Assembly (NCBI GenBank): GCA_031285775.1
Contig: JAITVN010000004.1
Location: forward strand, 391-64,390
Direction of reading: 5' to 3'
Source: Streptococcaceae bacterium
GTDB taxonomy: Bacteria > Bacillota > Bacilli > Lactobacillales > Streptococcaceae
DNA length: 64,000 bases
In this document: positions 1 to 9,866 of the stretch, one piece after another
Position numbering within the stretch: position 1 is the first letter of the stretch
Layout: every line of letters begins with the position of its first letter
Made by a program: the position numbers and the translations under genes
Notes under the pieces: generated by a model
Database searches by the model: none
Seen by the model: only the letters and a program-made list of their open reading frames with translations
What the model was told of the DNA's origin: nothing

Positions 1-827
1 AAATTGCTGAAATGCTCGCTCGCGAAGGTTACTTCTACATTATGCATCGATTCGAACCAGAAAAACGTTTAGATTTTGTAAAGAAAATGCAGGCTGAGAA
101 TCTTATCGCCTCAATATCTGTTGGTGTCAAGGAAGACGAGAAGAAATTCATCCGACAGCTGGCTGACAAAGGCCTGGTTCCAGACTACGTTACCATCGAC
201 ATTGCCCACGGTCACTCAGACAGCGTTATCGACATGATCCAGCTCATCAAGCGGATCATGCCTTCTTGCTTTGTTATTGCTGGAAATGTCGGCACGCCTG
301 AAGCCGTCCGTGATCTCGAACGTGCTGGCGCTGATGCTACGAAGGTCGGCATCGGTCCTGGAAAAGTCTGCATCACTAAAGTAAAAACTGGTTTTGGAAC
401 CGGCGGATGGCAGCTTGCAGCCGTGAAATGGTGTGCCAAAGCAGCTAGCAAACCTATCATCGCTGACGGCGGCATCCGCACCAATGGCGACATTGCCAAA
501 TCTATCCGCATGGGCGCAACCCTGGTCATGATTGGTTCCTTGTTTGCAGCACACGAGGAAAGCCCTGGTAAAACTGTTGAAATCGACGGTAAGCTTTATA
601 AAGAGTATTATGGATCTGCGAGTGAATACCAAAAAGGCGAGCATAAGAACGTTGAGGGCAAGAAAATCATGCTGCCTCACAACGGTGCATTGCGTGATAC
701 CTTAACAGAAATGCGTGAGGATCTCCAGTCAGCAATTTCTTACGCCGGCGGTAAAGATATAGACAGTCTGCGCAAAGTTGACTATGTCGTTGTAAAGAAT
801 TCTATCTGGAACGGCGACAGTATCTAG
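1..827 (+). CDS. guaC: GMP reductase (5' end outside window)
   Basis: IMPDH/GMPR motifs [33 protein letters not shown]; upstream of xpt-pbuX. Confidence 0.93.
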   Translation, partial: IAEMLAREGYFYIMHRFEPEKRLDFVKKMQAENLIASISVGVKEDEKKFIRQLADKGLVPDYVTIDIAHGHSDSVIDMIQLIKRIMPSCFVIAGNVGTPEAVRDLERAGADATKVGIGPGKVCITKVKTGFGTGGWQLAAVKWCAKAASKPIIADGGIRTNGDIAKSIRMGATLVMIGSLFAAHEESPGKTVEIDGKLYKEYYGSASEYQKGEHKNVEGKKIMLPHNGALRDTLTEMREDLQSAISYAGGKDIDSLRKVDYVVVKNSIWNGDSI

Positions 828-903
828 TATATTCTCTTTACATGTATCAGATGAAAGTACAATGTACGTTTTCAAATTCTTTCAACAATTTGCAGGTTTT
901 TGT

Positions 904-932
904 TTGAATTTTCGGAATATTCGTTGTATAAT
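904..932 (+). promoter_or_regulatory. sigma70-type promoter of the xpt leader
   Basis: TTGAAT-N17-TATAAT. Confidence 0.6.
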
Positions 933-941
933 ATATTCTTG

Positions 942-1057
942 AACTGAGTTCAGTGCCCCTGAAGCTAGAGGATTAGATAAATTGAGAACCTGCCCAAGGG
1001 GCAGAACCTCAATTTCCTAAATCCTTACGCTTCATAACGGGCGCGCCTCACTTCTTA
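942..1057. repeat. structured dispersed repeat, copy 1
   Basis: AACTGAGTTC...TGAAGC...GCTTCA...CTCAC(T/A)TCTTA frame shared with six other copies. Confidence 0.9.
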
Positions 1058-1060
1058 CTT

Positions 1061-1179
1061 AACTGAGTTCGGTGCGCCTGAAGCTGTGGAAATTAGATAA
1101 ATCCTAGAACCTGTGCTTCGCACAGAACCTAGGATTTCCTAAATTTCCAAGCTTCATAACGGGCGCACCTCACATCTTA
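1061..1179. repeat. structured dispersed repeat, copy 2 (tandem with copy 1)
   Basis: Same frame; stems GGTGCGCC/GGCGCACC, ATCCTAG/CTAGGAT, CTGTGC/GCACAG. Confidence 0.92.
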
Positions 1180-1242
1180 CTTATTTATGTCCAGGATATG
1201 GCTGGGCGTTTCTACCTCGCACCGTAAACGCGAGACAATAGG
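1180..1242 (+). ncRNA. purine (guanine-type) riboswitch aptamer
   Basis: P2 GTCCAG/CTGGGC with loop GATATGG, J2/3 GTTTCTAC, L3 CCGTAAA, discriminator C at 1236; upstream of xpt. Confidence 0.9.
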
Positions 1243-1269
1243 GTCTTTTTTAAGCCCTTATTATTTGGA

Positions 1270-1297
1270 ACGTCTGTCTAAAAAATAGGCGTTTTTG
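1270..1297 (+). terminator. riboswitch-controlled intrinsic terminator
   Basis: AACGTCTG...TAGGCGTT followed by T run. Confidence 0.6.
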
Positions 1298-1357
1298 TAT
1301 TCTCATAGACATTTTTATTCTAAATGTACATAATTTTTTTATCAAAGGAAAAAATAA

Positions 1358-1957
1358 ATGAAATTATTGGAAGAACGCATTCTTTCTGACGGTCAAGTGC
1401 TGGGAGATGAAATTCTTAAGGTTGACAGCTTCCTCACTCACCAAGTTGACACAAAACTGATGCAGGCCGTAGGCCAACGCTTCGCTGATATTTACAGAAC
1501 GCACAACATTACAAAAGTGGTCACCATTGAAGCCTCTGGCATTGCACCCGCGCTCTATACAGCCGATGCGCTTGACGTACCGATGGTTTTCGCAAAAAAA
1601 GCCAAAAATCTCACGCTCAACGAAGAACTTCTGACGACTGATGTGTTCAGCTTTACCAAGCAAACCACTTCAACTGTGTCCATCTCGCGTAAATTCATTT
1701 CCCCTGATGATCGGATTCTGATTGTTGACGATTTTCTGGCTAATGGGCAAGCTTCTCTCGGTCTGATTCGCCTGATAGAGCAGGTCGGCGCAAGCATTGA
1801 AGGCATCGGTATTGTGATTGAGAAATCTTTCCAAGAAGGTCGCCAATCCTTGATTGACAAAGGTTTCCAGGTTAGCTCGCTCGCGCGCATTGACCGTTTT
1901 GAGGCTGGACATGTCGTCTTCGCTGAAGCAGACGATGCGTCATTAGATAAAAAGTAA
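1358..1957 (+). CDS. xpt: xanthine phosphoribosyltransferase
   Basis: [23 protein letters not shown] motif [11 protein letters not shown]. Confidence 0.96.
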   Translation: MKLLEERILSDGQVLGDEILKVDSFLTHQVDTKLMQAVGQRFADIYRTHNITKVVTIEASGIAPALYTADALDVPMVFAKKAKNLTLNEELLTTDVFSFTKQTTSTVSISRKFISPDDRILIVDDFLANGQASLGLIRLIEQVGASIEGIGIVIEKSFQEGRQSLIDKGFQVSSLARIDRFEAGHVVFAEADDASLDKK

Positions 1958-2034
1958 CAAATATACAACAGAGTTTGTCGGACCTTTGAGGAACACATCT
2001 CTCATATTATTTAAAGGATAAATATTTCAAACTA

Positions 2035-3306
2035 ATGGAAGTTAAACAACAACAGAACCAATTCCAATCCGCACTCCTAGGCCTCCAGCACCTCCTTGCC
2101 ATGTATTCAGGCTCAATCCTCGTTCCCATCCTGATTGCCAGCGCACTCAAATACAGCTCCACGCAGCTGACCTACCTCATCGCGACTGACATCTTCATGT
2201 GCGGTCTAGCAACACTTCTGCAGCTACAGCTTCGCAAGCACTTCGGTGTTGGTCTCCCTGTCGTCCTCGGCGTGGCTTTTCAGTCTGTTGCTCCCCTCAT
2301 TATCATCGGTCAAAATAACGGTGCGGGCGCGATGTTCGGCTCTCTCATTGTCTCCGGTGTCTTCGTCATTCTCATTTCCGGCGTCTTCTCTAAAATCCGT
2401 AAACTTTTCCCACCGCTTGTTACTGGTTCTGTCATCACAACTATCGGTCTCACCTTGATCCCCGTCGCTATCGGTAACATGGGCGATAATATTGCCAAAC
2501 CAACTGCTAACAGCTTAATCCTTGCGGTCTTCACCATCCTCGTCATTCTTTTTATTCATATTTTCACAAAAGGATTTATTCGCTCTATTTCCATCTTGAT
2601 TGGTCTCTTGGTCGGTACCGTGGCGGCAAGCTTTATGGGAATTGTAGATTTCTCAGTCGTTGCACAAGCTCCGATTGTTCATTTCCCAGTGCCCTTCTAC
2701 TTCGCCATGCCAGAATTTTATCCAGTGGATTGCTTGATGATGATCATCATTGCGCTTGTGTCAATGGTCGAGTCAACTGGCGTCTACCTGGCCTTGGCAG
2801 ACATCACAGGCGAAGAACTCTCAGAGACACGCCTGCGTAACGGCTACCGCGCGGAAGGCTTTGCCGTCCTACTCGGCGGAATTTTCAACACTTTCCCCTA
2901 CACAGGCTTCTCACAAAATGTTGGTCTCGTTCAAATCTCAGGCATCAAAACGCGAAAACCCATTTATTACACTGCCGTCTTCCTGATGATTCTCGGTCTC
3001 ATTCCGAAATTTGCCGCCATGGCTCAATTGATTCCATCACCCGTTCTCGGCGGTGCCATGATTATCCTCTTTGGCATGGTTGCAACTCAAGGTATTCGCA
3101 TGCTTGCTTCTGTAAACTTTGAAGGCAACCAGAACCTGCTTGTGGCCGCAGTTTCCATTGGCATGGGCGTCGGCTTCAATGGCACGACACTCTTTACCAG
3201 CCTTCCCAACTGGGCACAGATGTTTCTGACCAACGGAATTGTCATGAGCGCCGTGAGTGCGATCGTTCTGAATTTGATTTTCAACTCTGGGAAAGATAAA
3301 CAATAA
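2035..3306 (+). CDS. pbuX: xanthine permease (NCS2)
   Basis: LGLQHLLAMY, NCS2 signature FSQNVGLV; follows xpt. Confidence 0.95.
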   Translation: MEVKQQQNQFQSALLGLQHLLAMYSGSILVPILIASALKYSSTQLTYLIATDIFMCGLATLLQLQLRKHFGVGLPVVLGVAFQSVAPLIIIGQNNGAGAMFGSLIVSGVFVILISGVFSKIRKLFPPLVTGSVITTIGLTLIPVAIGNMGDNIAKPTANSLILAVFTILVILFIHIFTKGFIRSISILIGLLVGTVAASFMGIVDFSVVAQAPIVHFPVPFYFAMPEFYPVDCLMMIIIALVSMVESTGVYLALADITGEELSETRLRNGYRAEGFAVLLGGIFNTFPYTGFSQNVGLVQISGIKTRKPIYYTAVFLMILGLIPKFAAMAQLIPSPVLGGAMIILFGMVATQGIRMLASVNFEGNQNLLVAAVSIGMGVGFNGTTLFTSLPNWAQMFLTNGIVMSAVSAIVLNLIFNSGKDKQ

Positions 3307-3314
3307 GATTCATT

Positions 3315-3344
3315 AGTCCTTTACAATTTGTGAAGGACTTTTTT
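3315..3344 (+). terminator. intrinsic terminator after pbuX
   Basis: AGTCCTTTAC...GTGAAGGACT-TTTT. Confidence 0.75.
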
Positions 3345-3535
3345 CAACGCAATATATCTACGACTTCTTTTCTTGAGGCAGAATTTGCTGGCGCCACGCT
3401 AAAGATTAGCCCCAGAACTGTTGTGATTCCCAGAGACAGGGCAATTGTGAACAAATCAGGCACAACTTTGAGGGGCAGAAATTGTGAAATCAGCAGCGCG
3501 CTCAAATGAATTGATTCCATAGTAACCGTGTACAA
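3344..3535 (-). pseudogene. C-terminal remnant of a MacB/FtsX-type ABC permease
   Basis: Ends LGLIFSVAPANSASRKEVVDILR, typical of these C-termini; N-terminal part missing. Confidence 0.65.
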
Positions 3536-4121
3536 GTGAGATAATTACTTGCTTTCAAAATCTCTTAATGACTTTGTATTTGTAACCATCATAATCAAAT
3601 TGATAAAAATCAATACTTTTAACTTTGTCTACTGGTAGACCTATTTTTTCTCGTTTAAAAGTTCTCCCTTTAAACTAAATTCCAAAAGAAAAACTTCAGA
3701 ATACCTCATCGTTATAAATAATATTTTCCTCACATCGCCAAAAGTAGTGAAAATATCTGAAAAACCCAGACTGAAAAAACTTAGAATTGTCATTTTCTTA
3801 TTTCGAAGGACTTGCTTTACAAAACAATAATTGTTGCTAAGCTTTTCTGCTATTTTATCCTCTAAACTCATTACCGAACTCCTCAATGCTCAGCCAATTT
3901 AAAAACATGTAAACAAGAGATTTTTTGGACTTTCTTTTTTCTTACTTTGCTAATAATGATCAAAACCTTTTTATCAACATATAAACAACATTAATTATTC
4001 CGATAATAATTAATATAATATTTATTGTCATTGATATCTTCATTCGTCGTTTAAAAGCTTTTTCTTTTTCTTCCACATTAAGTCTCCAAGTTATGCGTCT
4101 TCATCCAACGCAATCATTTTT

Positions 4122-4544
4122 TTAAAGTAATAGAATTTCAAGAATTCCGTGGGGAAAAATAATCAATGCTTCTCCAAGGGAATAATTATGCAAGTAGAAT
4201 AGGAAATTATAAGAGATGATAAAGAAATTTGCAAATAAAACTAAATAAGGGATGATTTCGAATGTAACAAAGCCAATTATTATCCCAGAGCAAATCATGA
4301 AATTATTGAAGAAGAATTGTAATACTGAAAGTTTTTGATTCTGTGGGACTATTCCTGTAAACTGCTTACTCATATCAAACACAAGAATAGAGCAGAATAT
4401 CGAAAAAATCACCAAACCAACAAATCCAAATAATATACGCTTACTCGTCCGAAAAGGATTTGAAAAAAAGGTCAAGTCCCTCTCTAAGTTCTTCTTTAGT
4501 GCCATTCTTTTTCTCCACACTTTGAAGTATTTTTCCATCATCAA
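4122..4544 (-). pseudogene. SpoIIM/DUF95 family membrane protein, apparently truncated
   Basis: FFFNNF and PHGILE motifs of DUF95; stop four codons after PHGILE; in bacteriocin cluster. Confidence 0.7.
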
Positions 4545-5148
4545 TAACTAAAACAGAATCACTTATCTCTGAGACAAAATCAAGAATATGTGAAGAGAAT
4601 ATAATACTTCCACCGTTTTTTACAAATTTTTTTAATTTGAAGATATATTTTACTGTTTGCTCTGGATCAAGGCCTGTAAACGGCTCATCCAGAACTAAGA
4701 TTTTAGGGTGATGCAACGTTGCTACTAAAAAAAAGAATTTCTGTTTCATTCCTACCGAAAGTGTTTGAAGTTTGCTGTTAGCTCTATCCAATAGTCCAAT
4801 TTCAGACAATTTTTTCTTAAGATAATCTTGATCCGCATCTATTTTCCTTAATTTGCAAACAAAAACTAAATTATCTAGCAAACTTAAGTATTCATATAGT
4901 TCAAAATCTGAAGGCAAATAACTTATGAGATCAATAAAATTTTTTCTTTTAAAGCTTTGATGATTATAAAGGAGTGCACCATCAAAATCTCTAATAAAGC
5001 CCGTTAGAATATTAAGCATAGTCGTTTTTCCCGCACCATTTCTGCCGACTATACCAATTACTTTATTTGAATCCAGAGTTACTTGAAAATTCTTGATCGA
5101 AAATTTCCCATCGGGGTATGTATAATTAATATCTTTTGCTTCAAACAT
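4441..5148 (-). CDS. ABC transporter ATP-binding protein (bacteriocin cluster)
   Basis: Walker A GRNGAGKTT, LSVGMKQK, LVLDEP. Confidence 0.9.
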   Translation of the reverse strand: MFEAKDINYTYPDGKFSIKNFQVTLDSNKVIGIVGRNGAGKTTMLNILTGFIRDFDGALLYNHQSFKRKNFIDLISYLPSDFELYEYLSLLDNLVFVCKLRKIDADQDYLKKKLSEIGLLDRANSKLQTLSVGMKQKFFFLVATLHHPKILVLDEPFTGLDPEQTVKYIFKLKKFVKNGGSIIFSSHILDFVSEISDSVLVIDDGKILQSVEKKNGTKEELREGLDLFFKSFSDE

Positions 5149-6523
5149 TTGAGGAGTCCTTAATAATATTCATTGATAGAATATAAAATGCAGATGTTAT
5201 GCCGACTGAAAATACGGTAACAATAAAAAGCAGCAAAGTGGTGTTGGGCATAATTTTTTGGTAAATTACGAGTGGAACAAAATCAATCAAACCAGCTATC
5301 GAAGTAGCAGCAAGTGTTTTTGCGCTAGATGCATATGGAAAACTTAATTTTTTAAAGTTATGGAAGAAAACGGTGAAAAATTGGTTATACGTAACCGAAA
5401 CAGTAGAAAACAATGTAAAAAGCAATAAGCCTAAAGCAAAGCTCCTGTCAACAAGCACCACAACTAAAGTAGTTATCAAATAGGCAGGTAGGGAAAACGT
5501 CATATATAAAATAGTTTTTGCTTGAAATTTCTTAACCCAAAGTTCTCCAAGATATTGATTTTTAACCATCTTCCACCGCTCAACATCGTAGGCAAAGACT
5601 GAAAGAAGACCTTTTTGCAAAATCTCAAAAAACATAAAACAGAGTATATATTTTAGTAAAAATACTTGACTTTCAGGCATCCCGGCCAAAATATATGAAT
5701 AATTATGACTCAGAAGTACCAAAAACACTATTATCAATATTGGGCCCAACACTAAGGAAAAGATTACACCACTAATTACTCCGCCACTTTCAATGAAAGC
5801 AATTTTAACTTCAATCAAATAGTAACTTAATATTTTTGAGTACTTTACAACTTGTGCTTTCCTTAATGTCTTTGAGAAAACAGCTATCAATGCACAAAGA
5901 ATTACTCCAAATAATAAATAAGTTTTATAATTGTAATTTTTTAAAGTTGATAAATCGGCAAATCCTAACAAAATAGCAAAATATATCGCGTAGTCTAACT
6001 TCAAAACCTTTTCAATAATTGAAAATCGAAATTTCCAACCTTTTATCGAATAGAAGTACTTTAGGTATCTCAGCTTAATTCCGAATGACACTACAAATAT
6101 CATCAGCCCCAGAAAGAGAAATAAAATATGACTCGACGAAACGAATATTATTCCAGTTACTATAAAGATAAAATGTGAAACTAGTATCCGAGAATTATTA
6201 ATTATTTCTGAAGCACTCACAATGCAGATATCCTCAACTCCAAGAATTTTATAAGTATCCAGAATTTTATTTCGCCTTAAATCTTGAGTCGTCTTACCCA
6301 ACCCCAACCAGAAAATCGAAATTCCCGCAAATAATATGATCAAGCGAAAAATATCATCAGGTAAAAACATTTTTGCAATACTTGCGTAAATAATTGGAGT
6401 AAATATATATTGAAACAAGAACAACCACAGGAAACGAAAAACATGAAGTTTCCCGTGGAAATTCTCTTTCAAATTTCTGAGATAAAATTTTATTAAAATA
6501 CTAATTTCAAAACTTCGAGACAT
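5141..6523 (-). CDS. multi-TM membrane protein, putative circular-bacteriocin maturation/export protein
   Basis: Very hydrophobic, Lys-rich, AT-rich; lies between precursor and ATPase as in AS-48/circularin clusters. Confidence 0.65.
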   Translation of the reverse strand: MSRSFEISILIKFYLRNLKENFHGKLHVFRFLWLFLFQYIFTPIIYASIAKMFLPDDIFRLIILFAGISIFWLGLGKTTQDLRRNKILDTYKILGVEDICIVSASEIINNSRILVSHFIFIVTGIIFVSSSHILFLFLGLMIFVVSFGIKLRYLKYFYSIKGWKFRFSIIEKVLKLDYAIYFAILLGFADLSTLKNYNYKTYLLFGVILCALIAVFSKTLRKAQVVKYSKILSYYLIEVKIAFIESGGVISGVIFSLVLGPILIIVFLVLLSHNYSYILAGMPESQVFLLKYILCFMFFEILQKGLLSVFAYDVERWKMVKNQYLGELWVKKFQAKTILYMTFSLPAYLITTLVVVLVDRSFALGLLLFTLFSTVSVTYNQFFTVFFHNFKKLSFPYASSAKTLAATSIAGLIDFVPLVIYQKIMPNTTLLLFIVTVFSVGITSAFYILSMNIIKDSSNV

Positions 6524-6540
6524 TCATACCTCTATTTGAT

Positions 6541-6807
6541 TTACAGCGCCATGCCAGCTCGGAAACCATACTTCCTGATAAGGGCAACTGCAACCCCAGC
6601 AATACCAGCTGAACCAATAACAGCAACAAGTAATGCTATGCCACCACCGACATTCATTACCCAAGTTATCATACTTGTAAGCCATCCTGGAGCACTTGGA
6701 AAAGCTCTTAGCAATTCCATATTCTCAAGTTGAGTGCTTGTTACAAAGAAAGCAATTGCAACTATTAAGGCCATCACACCCGTGAGGCGATTTTTTTGAA
6801 TGGACAT
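6541..6807 (-). CDS. putative circular (head-to-tail) bacteriocin precursor
   Basis: GAGGAG RBS; 88 aa; Gly/Ala-rich helices; cationic C-terminus IRKYGFRAGMAL; DUF95 and ABC genes adjacent. Confidence 0.8.
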   Translation of the reverse strand: MSIQKNRLTGVMALIVAIAFFVTSTQLENMELLRAFPSAPGWLTSMITWVMNVGGGIALLVAVIGSAGIAGVAVALIRKYGFRAGMAL

Positions 6808-7294
6808 TTATTTCTCCTCGTATTTTCTGATAGACAAATGTGCTATAATTGGATACAGCACATGACCAATTGTGCGAAGTATCAATAGGGGACTCCAATC
6901 ATCTATTGATACTTTTTTGTTTATGCGTTTGCAACCGCATAAGCTTTCAAGGCAGTCAACAAAACTTTCAAAAAGCTGCAGCTGTCAAATATATTGATCA
7001 GATATATATGATTCTTGTACGCCCTGCCTTCTTACCTACAGTCAAATTCTAACAGATTGTTCAAAATAATGTGAAATCGTGGTGTGACACGCTGTCACTA
7101 AAAAACATCCAAAAAGTGAATGCTTCTTTACCCCCCCTTCCCGATTTTACACGTTTTCATGAGTTTTCAGTTTTGTTTTGCATACACACAGTGCGCCTTT
7201 TTCCATCAATTTTCATGCGTTTTCATAATAAAAAAACTTACCCTGTAGAATTACCAAGTAAGTTTTTTGGCCATGAATGCCCAGAATTTTTCAT

Positions 7295-7861
7295 TCAGTT
7301 CAAAAGGTCGTAAAGTGAACTTTTGGAAAAGCGCTGAAATTCCTTGTAGAAAAGTAGCGGCGATTCGGGGGATTTCTGCGTGAGCCAGGTTGCGATAATC
7401 GCAAAAAACTCTCGCACAATCAGCTGAGCCAGAAAAGAATTCGAAAACTTTTCCTTTTTCCCGATTTGAATAAGGTATTCTTCAACCATTGGCATGTATT
7501 TTTGGGTCAAATACATATTCCATTCGCTAATTAATTCTGTTGTGAACAAAACTTCTATCCAAGCTCTTTGCTCATAGAAATAAGGCAGTATCACCCTTTC
7601 AAGGAAGACACCCGCTTCGTCATATTTATGATTGAACACAAAATCTTTCACTTTCGCCTCAAGGTTTTCGTCAGACAGATAAAAGAATCTATCACGAATT
7701 TGCCTGATGCTGCTGAAATGATTATGATAGAGGTTTCCTCTGCTCATACCTGCTTTTGCAGCAATACGCTTCATCGTAATCATTTCCTCGCTATGGCCCT
7801 CTTGGAGAAGAGAAATATAAGCTTCAATGACTTTTCTTTGTTTGGCGCTCGTAATAACCAT
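7295..7861 (-). CDS. TetR/AcrR family transcriptional regulator
   Basis: HTH ITMKRIAAKAGMSRGNLYHNHF. Confidence 0.8.
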   Translation of the reverse strand: MVITSAKQRKVIEAYISLLQEGHSEEMITMKRIAAKAGMSRGNLYHNHFSSIRQIRDRFFYLSDENLEAKVKDFVFNHKYDEAGVFLERVILPYFYEQRAWIEVLFTTELISEWNMYLTQKYMPMVEEYLIQIGKKEKFSNSFLAQLIVREFFAIIATWLTQKSPESPLLFYKEFQRFSKSSLYDLLN

Positions 7862-8294
7862 AAAGTTCCTTTTTTATCATTTTGAAACATTTTATCATAT
7901 AATGTTTTGATTAACGGCTATTTTTTGTAAAATTTAGAATTTTACATTTAAGACTGAAAAATCTCAGCGTATCACTTATCTGAAAATAAATCGGAAATTA
8001 TTATTCATGCTTGTAGACACTTTATGGTATTCTGTTTATTATTTTTTATTCAATGAAAAATCGATTGACTGCCAAAATTCAGGTTATAAGATCATCAGGC
8101 CGTCCTTTTTCTAATTTTTCAATAATTTTAACATAAGCAAGTTTTAGAGTCAACGTTTTGCAAGACTTTTTAGACAACTTTGTTTAAAGTGTTTAAGCTT
8201 TCTGATTTATCTTTTTCTCTAAATTTGATATAATTAGTTCAAATTTTCTGAAAATTATCAAGCTTTAATTTTGCGAAAGAAAGGAATCACCAAA

Positions 8295-9647
8295 ATGAAC
8301 AGTCAAACTTACATCGAACAATCACTCACAAAAATCAAAAGTCAGAATTCACACGAGCCTGAGTTCATCCAAGCAGTCGAGGAAGTCTTCCACAGCCTTG
8401 CGCCAGTTTTGGAGAAGCGACAAGATTTGATTGACGCAAACATTCTCGAGCGCATGGCAGAGCCTGAGCGCATCATCATTTTCAAGGTCTCCTGGATCGA
8501 CGATGCTGGCGCGATTCAAGTCAACAGAGGCTTCCGCGTGCAATTCAACAGTGCCATCGGCCCCTACAAAGGCGGGCTGCGCTTTGCTTCAACGGTCAAC
8601 CTGAGTACGGTCAAGTTTCTCGCCTTTGAGCAAACGTTCAAAAATGCGCTCACTTCACTCCCAATCGGCGGCGGCAAAGGTGGCTCAGACTTCGACCCGC
8701 AAGGTAAATCCGACCGAGAAATCATGCGCTTCTGTCAGGCATTTATGCTGGAATTGTCCAAACACATCGGCGGAAACGTTGATTCACCAGCTGGCGACAT
8801 CGGCGTTGGTTCTCGCGAATTGGGCTATTTGTTCGGTTATTATAAGCGTATCAAAAATGAATTTGACGGTGCGGGTGTGACCGGAAAGCCTGTGGCATTT
8901 TCTGGCTCAATCCTGCGTCCCGAGGCGACAGGCTACGGACTGGCTTATTTTGCCGAAGAGCTGTTGGAAGACAATGGAGACAGCCTGAGCGGCAAAACCA
9001 TTATCGCCAGCGGTTACGGCAATGTCTGCTGGGGACTCTGTAAAAAGGCCACAGAATTGGGCGCAAAAGTTGTCACACTTTCCTCTCGCATCGGCTACGT
9101 TTACGACCCAGACGGCGTCAATACTGAGGAAAAGTTCAACTTCATGCTCAGGATACGCAACGAGCGAACTGCCACGCTCAAAGATTATGCCGTCAAGTTC
9201 GGTGCCGAGTTCTTCCCGAATGAAAAGCCTTGGTCTCGCGCGGGCGACCTGGTCATCCCTTGTGCCACGCAGAACGAAATCGGCATGGTTGAAGCTCAGT
9301 TGATTGCCGACAATGGCGTGAAAGCTGTGATTGAGGGCAGCAACATGTCTACGACGAATGATGCACTGAGCTACTTCAAAATGCAGGGCCTGGCCGTCGC
9401 ACCTGCAAAAGCAGCAAATGCAGGCGGTGTTGCCGTTTCCGCACTCGAAATGTCGCAAAATGCCATGAAATATCCTTGGACAGCCGAGGAAGTTGATGAC
9501 AAACTTCAAAACATCATGAAGAACATCTATCATACCGCCAAGGAAAATGCTCAGAACTATGGCCTCGGCGAGGATTTAGTCGCTGGCGCCAACATTGCAG
9601 GTTTCCTCAAAGTGGCAGAGGCGATGATTTTACAGGGCGAATACTGA
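8295..9647 (+). CDS. gdhA: NADP-specific glutamate dehydrogenase
   Basis: GPYKGGLRF, GGGKGGSDFDP, RPEATGYG, KAANAGGVA. Confidence 0.95.
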   Translation: MNSQTYIEQSLTKIKSQNSHEPEFIQAVEEVFHSLAPVLEKRQDLIDANILERMAEPERIIIFKVSWIDDAGAIQVNRGFRVQFNSAIGPYKGGLRFASTVNLSTVKFLAFEQTFKNALTSLPIGGGKGGSDFDPQGKSDREIMRFCQAFMLELSKHIGGNVDSPAGDIGVGSRELGYLFGYYKRIKNEFDGAGVTGKPVAFSGSILRPEATGYGLAYFAEELLEDNGDSLSGKTIIASGYGNVCWGLCKKATELGAKVVTLSSRIGYVYDPDGVNTEEKFNFMLRIRNERTATLKDYAVKFGAEFFPNEKPWSRAGDLVIPCATQNEIGMVEAQLIADNGVKAVIEGSNMSTTNDALSYFKMQGLAVAPAKAANAGGVAVSALEMSQNAMKYPWTAEEVDDKLQNIMKNIYHTAKENAQNYGLGEDLVAGANIAGFLKVAEAMILQGEY

Positions 9648-9688
9648 AAACCCAGCGGCGAGCAATGGAAATATTCTGAAATTTACAT

Positions 9689-9724
9689 AAAAACCCCAGT
9701 TACTGAAATCTGGGGTTTTCTTTA
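9689..9724. terminator. bidirectional terminator between gdhA and treR
   Basis: AAAACCCCAG...CTGGGGTTTT. Confidence 0.75.
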
Positions 9725-9731
9725 TTGCTTT

Positions 9732-9866
9732 AGCTAAGTTCACTGCGCCTGAAGCTAGTAAGCAGACCGTTTCGGCTTCAGCCGATTACGGGTCGCTTTC
9801 CCCTCTTTAGGGGGGAAATTAGATAGATTTCTACGCTTCAAAATGGACGCTTTTTCACAACTTGTA
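9732..9866. repeat. structured dispersed repeat, copy 3 (alternative inner module, degenerate ends)
   Basis: GCCTGAAGCTAG...CTACGCTTCA frame; inner module shared with copy 6; abuts treR stop. Confidence 0.85.

Noticed and set aside
942-1179. Tandem repeats as a CRISPR array
   Set aside because: Only two units per site, the interiors are related palindromes rather than unique spacers, and no cas genes are present.
6836-7313. + strand TGcTATAAT and ORFs 6849..7052 and 7071..7313
   Set aside because: No RBS, non-ATG starts and no recognisable protein features.
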